Below are positions 14,797-22,434 of a stretch of DNA of 24,164 bases, in pieces. Source of the DNA: a virus (Duplodnaviria > Caudoviricetes). Position 1 is the first letter of the stretch. The number at the start of each line of letters is the position of its first letter. The DNA lies in the IMG/VR virus record IMGVR_UViG_3300030372_002601, positions 1-24,164 of that record. One strand, given 5' to 3'. A program made the position numbers and the translations under genes. The notes beneath the pieces are model-generated. The model did no database searches, had not been told where the DNA came from, and was given only the letters and a program-made list of their open reading frames with translations.

Positions 14797-15317
14797 TATA
14801 TTCCAAACTCCACCCAACCAGTAATAATATATTTGTTTTGTTTAGGTGGTAGTCCTTTATGTGGATGTGTAAAATAAGCGGGCCATAAAATTAATTTTCC
14901 TTGTTCTGGTTTTATTTTTATATCTTGTTCTGAAAAATAAGTTTGCCCTTCTTCAACCGTATTTAAATAAAGTATAAAAGCTAATATACGACCGCTGTTT
15001 TGCTTGCTAGTATTTTCACAATGCAACAAATGATAGCCTTCATTAGGTTTTGTTTTTTGTAGTTTTGTATCATATATTTTATGGCTTTGTAGTTTGTCCA
15101 ACATTGAATATTTTAAAGCATATTGTGGATAACAATCTTTCCAAAATATTTCTAAAAAAGGCATGTCATAATATTTTAAATTTATTGATTCATCTTCTAC
15201 CGAGTCTGTGTTTCTTTTATGTCTTTTAATATCTTTGTAATACATTTCTATATACTCTTCACAAAATGCTTTTGAATAAGCATTATTAAATATTCCAATA
15301 TGATCTACTATTTTCAT
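14796..15317 (-). CDS. 2OG-Fe(II) oxygenase (prolyl-hydroxylase-like, HxE type)
   Basis: GYHLLHCE ... RILAFILYLN..EEGQTYF ... GKLILWPAYFTHPHKG ... KYIITGW. Confidence 0.85.
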   Translation of the reverse strand: MKIVDHIGIFNNAYSKAFCEEYIEMYYKDIKRHKRNTDSVEDESINLKYYDMPFLEIFWKDCYPQYALKYSMLDKLQSHKIYDTKLQKTKPNEGYHLLHCENTSKQNSGRILAFILYLNTVEEGQTYFSEQDIKIKPEQGKLILWPAYFTHPHKGLPPKQNKYIITGWVEFGI

Positions 15318-15817
15318 TTAAAAAATATTTGTAGTGTTAATCTTTCTTCAGGAACATTGTAATTTAGTAAAGTGGTCCCATGTCTAGTATTACTTTTATT
15401 AATTATAAGTTTATTAAACTCTGGTTTTTCAATATTTAATTTATTATTATCTTTCCAAATATACAAACCACCCCAGTCTATCTCCCAATATTTATTTAAA
15501 TAAATAGTACAACCATACTCATAATTGCTATCGTTATGCATCGGTATATAACTTCCTCTTGTCCAAATATAAAAATGACCTACTATTTCTTTATCTTTAA
15601 ATTTATCATCCAGCTCTATAAATTTAGATTTAATATAGTTTAAATGTTCTTTGTTTATTTCATAAGCCAAAACTAAAGAGGAATCTTTTACAATATTTTT
15701 TCCCCAGTTAATATTAGACTTCCATATAGGTTTATATTCTTGAGATTTTTTTATAATATTTTGTATAAAATTATCTATAAAAGTTTCATCTAAAAAATTA
15801 TTTTTTATAGTAATCAT
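15314..15817 (-). CDS. 2OG-Fe(II) oxygenase (prolyl 4-hydroxylase-like)
   Basis: IPMHND ... TIYLNKYWEIDWGG ... PEFNKLII ... HGTT ... RLTLQIF. Confidence 0.85.
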   Translation of the reverse strand: MITIKNNFLDETFIDNFIQNIIKKSQEYKPIWKSNINWGKNIVKDSSLVLAYEINKEHLNYIKSKFIELDDKFKDKEIVGHFYIWTRGSYIPMHNDSNYEYGCTIYLNKYWEIDWGGLYIWKDNNKLNIEKPEFNKLIINKSNTRHGTTLLNYNVPEERLTLQIFFK

Positions 15818-16455
15818 TTATATGGTTGACCTAAGTTCCAAATAACTAAAGAATATCTAGTTCCTTTTGTTACTGGTTTAACCCTATGTTTTACAAAACT
15901 GGGAAAAACAACCAAAGATCCTTGAGATTTTATTTCTGTACAAGTTCTTATATTATGTTTTCCATCTGGTTCTTGTGTTCCAAAATCAAACTCTAACTCT
16001 CCTCCTTCGTAATCATCTGGTTCTGAAAGAACACATGTTACAGACAGCTTTCTTATCTTTCCATAAAAATTTTTATTCTTTGGATCATTGTATGGTTCGT
16101 CCCAAGAATCACAATGCCAACCATAATACTGGTCTTTTTTATATTTTGTAAATTGACAAGACTCTGACCAATCCCATTGAAAATTCCACCCAGCATTTTC
16201 ATTTGCTTGATAAACATATGGATGTATTTCACTATAAACCCATGGTTCATTTAACCAAACTATATTAGAATCTCTTTTCTTTTTTAAATCTTTAAGTTCT
16301 GTTTCAGAGAGAGTTTGTCCTTTATCTGATTTAGCTTTGTAGCCTCCGGTTAGTGCTGTCTCTTCTTGTTTTTCATTACCGTATTTAATTAAATCATTAC
16401 AAAATGATTTAGGTAATGCTGATTGAAAATACCAATAATAATATTTAAGATTCAT
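15814..16455 (-). CDS. 2OG-Fe(II) oxygenase (PKHD-type/prolyl hydroxylase-like)
   Basis: QFTKY..YYGWHCD ... RKLSVTCVLS..DYEGGELEF ... VVFPSFVKHRVKPVTKGTRYSLVIW. Confidence 0.9.
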   Translation of the reverse strand: MNLKYYYWYFQSALPKSFCNDLIKYGNEKQEETALTGGYKAKSDKGQTLSETELKDLKKKRDSNIVWLNEPWVYSEIHPYVYQANENAGWNFQWDWSESCQFTKYKKDQYYGWHCDSWDEPYNDPKNKNFYGKIRKLSVTCVLSEPDDYEGGELEFDFGTQEPDGKHNIRTCTEIKSQGSLVVFPSFVKHRVKPVTKGTRYSLVIWNLGQPYK

Positions 16456-16498
16456 TCTTTATTGGTAGAATATTATATTAAGATGAAATTAAATCAAG
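16456..16498 (-). promoter_or_regulatory. Putative promoter for the oxygenase cassette
   Basis: Minus strand TTGATT (16497-92)-N16-TAATAT (16475-70), with a perfect TATAAT at 16477-72, in a 38-bp AT-rich gap. Confidence 0.45.
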
Positions 16499-17363
16499 AC
16501 CATTGGTCTTGTTTTTTCCAATAAAATTGACCTTTTAAACCCCATACACCTGGACAAGCAAAACCTCCAGAAGGTTCTTTAATTAAAACTCTACCGCTTC
16601 CGCCATTACCACCGTCACCGCCGGGTGAAAAAGCTCCATCGCCTCCTCCACCAGCTCCGTAATTACTTTGACCGGCTCCACCTTCTCCACCACCTTCGTT
16701 TGGTGCTCCGTGTCCACCTCCTCCTGGTGATCTAAAATTAACTGGGTTGTTAGATCCGTACGCACCTCCGCCAACTCCTCCACCACAAAAAGTTAAACCA
16801 AATGTTGAACTAAAAATAGGTGAGGGTGCATTACCAAATGTGCTTGGTATAGCTGCTCCGTTACCACCGGCTCCGTTAGGTGGTCCTGAACCGGCTCCTC
16901 CGGCTCCTCCGCCACCACCTTTGTAAGGTCCCGGTGATCCACCATTGTTTCCTTGAGGTCCACCACTACCACCTCCTCCGCCAGATCCTGTTGGTGCGGT
17001 TCTACTACCGCCCGCTCCAAAACTAGCAGTTAAAGGAGATGAGGCTCCTAACGTTGATACTCCTCCATCTTCTCCGTGTGAGTTGGGTCTTGATCCAGAT
17101 CCTCCAGCAGCAATCGTAATTGGAAAAGCTGATGCTGGTAAAGGGTGTGCTGGTGTAAAAGATACTACTCCCGCTCCTCCGCCTTCTCCAGTTCCTCCCC
17201 GGCCGGATCCACCGCCACCAATTAAAGCTACATCACAATTAGCTGCTTTTCCATACGTTAATGAAAAAGAAGGATTTGTAGATGTAATATTGTGTATTAC
17301 TTCTGGTTGTGCTGTAGGCTCGTTAACAACTCCCTTAACTCCGCCATTGACTCCACTTGGCAT
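16494..17363 (-). CDS. Glycine-rich tail fibre/adhesin-like protein B (289 aa; start corrected to MPSGVNGG)
   Basis: Many GGGG/GxGGxG runs, DVALIGGGG start and GGNGGSGRVLI end of a Gly-rich domain. ATG at 17363 is in a TAATG overlap. Confidence 0.75.
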   Translation of the reverse strand: MPSGVNGGVKGVVNEPTAQPEVIHNITSTNPSFSLTYGKAANCDVALIGGGGSGRGGTGEGGGAGVVSFTPAHPLPASAFPITIAAGGSGSRPNSHGEDGGVSTLGASSPLTASFGAGGSRTAPTGSGGGGGSGGPQGNNGGSPGPYKGGGGGAGGAGSGPPNGAGGNGAAIPSTFGNAPSPIFSSTFGLTFCGGGVGGGAYGSNNPVNFRSPGGGGHGAPNEGGGEGGAGQSNYGAGGGGDGAFSPGGDGGNGGSGRVLIKEPSGGFACPGVWGLKGQFYWKKQDQWS

Positions 17364-18064
17364 TATATTGTCTCCCAACTTTGAGTAGATGGATTCCACT
17401 CATAATTAATATTATTATCCCAAAAATCATAAGCTGTCCACTTTTGATTATCTTCATCCCAAGATGTTATATAGAAGACACCTTTTGTCGGTAATTCTGT
17501 TATTGAACTAGATGACCATGTGCTTGAACTAGAATTAAAGTCCCAAAAAGAACCATCGTGTTTAATGCCAATCCAAATATCTCTATTTCTATCCCATCTA
17601 ATATCGTATTTTTTTTCTTCAGAACCATCCATATAATGTAATACAGATGGAAAAGCTAAAGGGGCTTTCCAATAATATTGTGCGTTAGTGTTATCCCACT
17701 CGCGTGAAAGATCTGTGCCTTTAATCCAGGATGGATGAGGTTGTGGTAAAATCATTTCTACTGGAGGTATCCATTCATAATCATCGTTTAATGTCCATGA
17801 AGAAAACGGTTTTGCTGTTACAAAAACATCACCCGTTGAGTCATAAGTAAATTCTTTACCAGCATAATTTTTTCTAAAATTTTTATTATAAGACGTTTGT
17901 TTCCAATAAACAGGTTCATCTACACTTCTAGGTGTAGAAGTTTTTACCCATTCCTCTGCTCCTGTAGATAAGTCTCCTCCATGAGCATTTACATCTTCAT
18001 TAGAAAAAACTAATACTCTAACTACTTCGTTATTTGATTCTTTTATTTCTGCAAAGTGCGCCAT
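17363..18064 (-). CDS. 'MAHFAEI' tail-fibre-associated protein, long Trp-rich form (233 aa; start corrected)
   Basis: Paralog of 18064-18495 (MAHFAEI, WKQTSYN, R.NYAG, KPF.SWTL). ATG at 18064 is in a TAATG overlap. Confidence 0.75.
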   Translation of the reverse strand: MAHFAEIKESNNEVVRVLVFSNEDVNAHGGDLSTGAEEWVKTSTPRSVDEPVYWKQTSYNKNFRKNYAGKEFTYDSTGDVFVTAKPFSSWTLNDDYEWIPPVEMILPQPHPSWIKGTDLSREWDNTNAQYYWKAPLAFPSVLHYMDGSEEKKYDIRWDRNRDIWIGIKHDGSFWDFNSSSSTWSSSSITELPTKGVFYITSWDEDNQKWTAYDFWDNNINYEWNPSTQSWETI

Positions 18065-18495
18065 TATTCTGCTAACTCCCAATTTAAATTATCTTCATTC
18101 CATACATAAAGTTGTCCATCATTTGGATATGGTTCAGGAGCAGTCCAATCTGCAGTATTTAAATCTAAAGTCCAAGAATTAAATGGTTTATCAGGATAAA
18201 AAAGATCATTTTCTGAGTCATAGTTATATCCTATACCTGCGTAATTTCCTCTTAATGGTGTGCCACCATTTGCGTGTTCATTAAAATGTGTATTATAAGA
18301 TGTTTGTTTCCAAAATGTTTCAGGGTATGTCCCAAGTTCTTGTTCAATAACGGGATCGTTTGCGTGATTGTTTTTTACCCATTGTTCTAATTCAGTGGTA
18401 TTTTCTCCACCATTTTCAGAACATTGAGAATTTGAGATAACAATTACTCTTAAAACTTTATTAGTATCATTTCTTATTTCTGCAAAGTGTGCCAT
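18064..18495 (-). CDS. 'MAHFAEI' tail-fibre-associated protein, short form (143 aa)
   Basis: Coupled ORF next to a Gly-rich fibre gene; an assembly/chaperone role is inferred from position only. Confidence 0.75.
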   Translation of the reverse strand: MAHFAEIRNDTNKVLRVIVISNSQCSENGGENTTELEQWVKNNHANDPVIEQELGTYPETFWKQTSYNTHFNEHANGGTPLRGNYAGIGYNYDSENDLFYPDKPFNSWTLDLNTADWTAPEPYPNDGQLYVWNEDNLNWELAE

Positions 18496-19571
18496 TAATT
18501 ACTCCAATTGCCCGCTTTAACATTATCATAAACTTCACCTATGCTCCATACACCTGAAGCTACTGTTCTAGTTACTTGAGTTACCATCACTACACCAGAT
18601 CCACCAGATGAACCAAATGTTCCATTTACACCAGTGCTATCAGCAGGAGGGGAATGTTGTTGCGCTCCACCGCCTCCACCGCCACCAGTGTTATCAGAAC
18701 CAGCAGTAGATAAAATATTATCAGGTACCCCAGTTCCAGGTTGACCACCTGTATTAACAGCACCATTTCCTCCACCGCCATTTCCGCCAGAAGGTTGTGG
18801 CGCAGGACTAGTAGCAGGTTGGTATCTACCACCTCCTCCTCCACCGCCTACAAAACCGCTATCGCCGAAAGGTGTTCCAGGAAAGAATGGACTTCTATCA
18901 ACACCAACACCACCAGCTCCACCTACACCTGGATCTGAAGCGTCAGTTCCAGCAGCACCTGCGCCGCCTCCACCTCCGCCAGCTCTGTCAATAGGGCCAG
19001 CTCCACCAGCTCCACCAGCATTTGCTAAAGCAGAACCAATAAATCCTGATGCATCAGATTGACTAGATGCTCCTCCAGCTCCTGCAGAGGGACCAATAGT
19101 TCCGCAACCGCCGCCGCCATTACCACCTGGGCCTCCGGCATCAACAGGAGATGGAGAGGCTTCTGGTCTTCCACCGCCAAATCCTCCGCCATTAGCTGTA
19201 AAACTTCCAAAAACAGAATTACTTCCAGCAGTTCCAGGTCCACCATTTCCACCATAATTATTAGAGGGACTTGGAGATCCTTTTCCTGCTCCACCGCCTC
19301 CAACAGTTACACTTACAGGTGCAGGGTTTGTGTTAGGTACATTTTTTAAAAATAAAACTCCACCTGCTCCGCCACCGCCACAGGCATTGTTGCTGGGAGC
19401 ACCTTTAGTTTTTCCACCTCCGCCGCCTCCAGCAACGATTAAAACGTCTAATAATGTAGTGTCAGATCCTCCTGGAGCAAAAGTTCCAGGACTAGTAAAT
19501 TTTGAAACAGTGTTTCCACCTGCTGATTTTACGATTGTTGTTACAGGTCCAATAATTCCGCCATTTGCCAC
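18495..19571 (-). CDS. Glycine-rich tail fibre/adhesin-like protein A (358 aa, GTG start)
   Basis: DVLIVAGGGGGG ... NTGGGGGGG ... GGSGVVMV Gly-rich domain; GGAGG SD upstream of GTG; Ser/Pro loops. Confidence 0.8.
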   Translation of the reverse strand: MANGGIIGPVTTIVKSAGGNTVSKFTSPGTFAPGGSDTTLLDVLIVAGGGGGGKTKGAPSNNACGGGGAGGVLFLKNVPNTNPAPVSVTVGGGGAGKGSPSPSNNYGGNGGPGTAGSNSVFGSFTANGGGFGGGRPEASPSPVDAGGPGGNGGGGCGTIGPSAGAGGASSQSDASGFIGSALANAGGAGGAGPIDRAGGGGGGAGAAGTDASDPGVGGAGGVGVDRSPFFPGTPFGDSGFVGGGGGGGRYQPATSPAPQPSGGNGGGGNGAVNTGGQPGTGVPDNILSTAGSDNTGGGGGGGAQQHSPPADSTGVNGTFGSSGGSGVVMVTQVTRTVASGVWSIGEVYDNVKAGNWSN

Positions 19572-19586
19572 AGCTAATTACCTCCC

Positions 19587-19952
19587 CTAACTTAATTCCT
19601 CGTAACTTATTGTGATAGTTAAGTCAGATGCTGCACCCGCACCCGCTTCTATATTGTCTCCCTCTTCAAGATAGATAGAAGAGTTTTTATCTATTACAAC
19701 TAATGTTGCATCAGCAGGAACAGATATTGTGCTTGCGATCATTATTGGTGAACCACCTGATTTTGTAATTGCAACAGATGCGTCTGCTGCGTTAGTGCCG
19801 TCAATGTTTGCTATAATGATAGTGTTTATTTTAAATACTTTTCCTGAAGACGATGCGTTTGCAAGAATTTCAGTTGTTAAAGTTGTGCCTAAAGTCGCTT
19901 GAACAGATTTGGCTGTTATCGTTGCGACGTTTACTAAATTTGGTGCTGACAT
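19587..19952 (-). CDS. Small beta-rich virion structural protein (121 aa)
   Basis: AGGAG SD; paralogous pattern with 9659-10000. Confidence 0.75.
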   Translation of the reverse strand: MSAPNLVNVATITAKSVQATLGTTLTTEILANASSSGKVFKINTIIIANIDGTNAADASVAITKSGGSPIMIASTISVPADATLVVIDKNSSIYLEEGDNIEAGAGAASDLTITISYEELS

Positions 19953-19975
19953 ATTTTATATTCTCCTATCTTTAT

Positions 19976-20893
19976 TTATCCAAAAACTAATGAAAAAGCA
20001 ACCGCTAATCCAGCAGTGGCAATTTTATTTCCACCTACCTGCGCTTGTCCAGTTCCGTTTGGAGCTATATTTATATCACCATTTGCTCCATCTGTAATGG
20101 TAATAGTCCCTGAATTTGTTCCAGAATTAGTGTCTAAAATAAGGTTGTGAGCCCCACTAGAAGTTATTGTTGCATTTGCTGCACCTGTTCCAACTTTTGT
20201 TTCACCGGTTCCTTTTGGTATAAGAGCGATATCAATATTTGAATCATCACCTGTTGCAGATATGCTTGGTGCGTTACCAGTAGCAGCGTTTGTAACGTCA
20301 AACTGATTTACTGCAGATGATGTTGTTTGAAAAATAATTTGCTCGTTACTATTTTCATCAGCAATAAAATGTGCATCATCAATTATGATATTGTGTGAAT
20401 TAGTATCTAAGTTTCCACCAAGTTGTGGAGTTGTATCTTCTGAAATTTCTGTAAGTCCTAAAGCTATTTCTTTTATGTTAGGATTCGTTCCATCATCAGC
20501 CATGGCAACAACTATTTTATCGCCTTTATCTGTTGCTGAAAAAGTTACCGTGCCTCCTGAACCAGAAATGTATTTAAATTGAACCGTGTGAGAACCTGAA
20601 GTTGAGTTTCTTAAAATATAAAAAGTTTGAACATCTAAAGGTATTCTAACAACTTGATCACCAGAAATTGTACCAGTGAATTCTATCATTCTATGTGCAA
20701 GAGTTGCACCAGTTGATCCATCTGATACAGCTAAATCAGTATTTTGTGCACTACCAGCTATTGATTGCTGTGTAAAGCCCCCAACTATTTGTTCAATAAG
20801 TTGTAAATTTGTATTAGTCTTAGTTCCCCATGTACCGGCGTTTTCACCAGTTGCTTGAAGTTCTACACCTAAAGGTGTGTATGTTGATGCCAT
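19976..20893 (-). CDS. Putative tail fibre shaft/proximal tail protein (305 aa)
   Basis: AGGAG SD. N-terminal GENAGTWG..TNTN, PQLGGNLD and repeated I...P.GTG motifs, recalled from marine phage fibres. Confidence 0.65.
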   Translation of the reverse strand: MASTYTPLGVELQATGENAGTWGTKTNTNLQLIEQIVGGFTQQSIAGSAQNTDLAVSDGSTGATLAHRMIEFTGTISGDQVVRIPLDVQTFYILRNSTSGSHTVQFKYISGSGGTVTFSATDKGDKIVVAMADDGTNPNIKEIALGLTEISEDTTPQLGGNLDTNSHNIIIDDAHFIADENSNEQIIFQTTSSAVNQFDVTNAATGNAPSISATGDDSNIDIALIPKGTGETKVGTGAANATITSSGAHNLILDTNSGTNSGTITITDGANGDINIAPNGTGQAQVGGNKIATAGLAVAFSLVFG

Positions 20894-20906
20894 AAATTAT
20901 CTCCTA

Positions 20907-21971
20907 TTATGCAGCGTCACTATAACTTGTATTTGATCCAGTTGCAACATCCGAATATGTATCATTCGAACCTGTTGAAACATTACTATAGCTTGCATTT
21001 GAACCAGTGTCAATATTACCGTAAGCCTGTATTCCTAATATTCCTAAGCTTGAGGTCAAAGCATCTGTGGTTAAACCTTGAGTTACATCGGTAACAGTAA
21101 CCGATCCCACAGAAAAACTAGAAGAAACACCTGTTAAGCCAACCACATCAGCAGGTGATATTGACCCTACAGAAGAAGTTGAAGAAACACCTGTTAAATT
21201 TAATAATTCAACAGAACCAATTTCTACATCTCCAACGGCAGAGGTTGCAGACACACCAGTAATGGCACTTGGACCAAACTCTAATCCCAATGTTCCTAAG
21301 CTTGATGTTGCAGCTATCCCTGTAACAGGTTCAGTGCTTACACCAAAAGCAACTCCTAAAGTCCCTAAAGAAGAAGTAGAAGATTGTCCAGAAACAGCAA
21401 GAGTAGGACTAATTACAAAACTAACACTACCGACGCTTGTTGTGGCTTCTTGACCAGATAACTCGTATGCAAATTCTAAAGTAGGAGATCCAACACTTGA
21501 AGTTAATTCTTGACCTACTAATGGAATAACTTGATCAGGAGATTCTCCCCAAGAATTATCGTTCCAACCATCTCTACCCCAACCAACTAAAGTTCCAACA
21601 TAAGACATAGTTGGAGTTGCAAAAGTTGATTGCACACCTGTTATAGGGACACCTATTTCTGCATCAATATCAAGACTACCAACACTAGAAGTTAAAGAGT
21701 GATTGGAACCAATCATCTCTAATAAATAAGCAACTCCTGTAGTAATAGATCCTGGTGAAGCGGTTGCTTCTAAACCTGTAACAGATACTGTTTCATCAGC
21801 ACCCTCACCCCAATCAGCATTATTCCAGGCTAGTCTTCCCCAACCTGTTTCGTTAAATTCTTCTGAATTACCTAAAGATGTGGTAGCGGATACACCTGTT
21901 AATGAAACGGTAATGACATCATCTTGCCATTCGTTTGATCCCCAAGTATTAGTACCCCAGGTAGATGCCAT
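20907..21971 (-). CDS. Ser/Thr/Gly/Val-rich repetitive structural protein (354 aa)
   Basis: About 19-20-aa repeats [VL][TS]G..[AS]TSS[VL]G, three Trp triads, C-terminal 11-aa repeats; SD present. Confidence 0.7.
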   Translation of the reverse strand: MASTWGTNTWGSNEWQDDVITVSLTGVSATTSLGNSEEFNETGWGRLAWNNADWGEGADETVSVTGLEATASPGSITTGVAYLLEMIGSNHSLTSSVGSLDIDAEIGVPITGVQSTFATPTMSYVGTLVGWGRDGWNDNSWGESPDQVIPLVGQELTSSVGSPTLEFAYELSGQEATTSVGSVSFVISPTLAVSGQSSTSSLGTLGVAFGVSTEPVTGIAATSSLGTLGLEFGPSAITGVSATSAVGDVEIGSVELLNLTGVSSTSSVGSISPADVVGLTGVSSSFSVGSVTVTDVTQGLTTDALTSSLGILGIQAYGNIDTGSNASYSNVSTGSNDTYSDVATGSNTSYSDAA

Positions 21972-21989
21972 AAGGAGTTCCTCCTTACG
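21969..21989 (-). promoter_or_regulatory. Hairpin sequestering SD and start codon
   Basis: Perfect inverted repeat TAAGGAG-GAA-CTCCTTA (21987-21971), spanning the upstream stop, the SD and the A of ATG. Confidence 0.7.
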
Positions 21990-22422
21990 CTATACGAATG
22001 ATTGCGTTACTTGCGTCTGCTGTTGGAAATTGAATTGTGAATGTTCCAGAAGAAACTGTTTTGTCACCACCAAAGGCAATAACGGCAACAGCTTTGTCAG
22101 ATTGTGAATCGTTATAAATTAATGCACCATTAGCTGTAAAAGATGCTGAAGTAAAACTCACATCTGCAAAATCACAAACTGCAGTTGATGAATCTAAAGT
22201 TGGAGTTACGCTTGTAAGAGTCGCTCCACCCGCACTGTATGCAGATCCAGATGTGTTTGAAATTTCATTTGATGTTGAATAAGCAGTTGTACTTGCACCT
22301 AAAGATGCAGAGCTTGTAAATAGAGCTATTTTAAAAGTGTCACCACTTGATGCTGTAAGGTTGTGTGTACCAACCAATATTTCTTGTTTAAAGCTATTAC
22401 AAATCGCCGATGATATTGCCAT
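21985..22422 (-). CDS. Conserved phage structural protein (145 aa)
   Basis: MAISSAICNSFKQEIL..H ... FKIALFT ... GTFTIQFP family pattern (recalled); AGGAG SD overlapping the upstream TAG. Confidence 0.75.
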   Translation of the reverse strand: MAISSAICNSFKQEILVGTHNLTASSGDTFKIALFTSSASLGASTTAYSTSNEISNTSGSAYSAGGATLTSVTPTLDSSTAVCDFADVSFTSASFTANGALIYNDSQSDKAVAVIAFGGDKTVSSGTFTIQFPTADASNAIIRIA

Positions 22423-22434
22423 AATTTATATCTC

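Noticed and set aside
12366-16493. Rho-independent terminators at island boundaries
   Set aside because: No GC-rich stem followed by a U-tract found by eye in the gaps or the convergent overlap.
4425-18082. ORF-track starts at 5882, 14817, 17399 and 18082
   Set aside because: Each extends into the upstream gene; downstream ATGs (5801, 14796, 17363, 18064) fit the coupling pattern and, for the last two, paralog N-termini.
16583-19349. Alternative-frame ORFs rich in V/E/A (16583, 16793, 18626, 19025) and their plus-strand counterparts
   Set aside because: By-products of GGN codon runs that lack stops in other frames.
16494-19571. Gly-rich proteins as collagen or PE-PGRS; paralogs as a diversity-generating retroelement TR/VR pair
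   Set aside because: No sustained Gly-X-Y periodicity or PE domain; no reverse transcriptase and no long near-identical repeat with adenine-specific mismatches.
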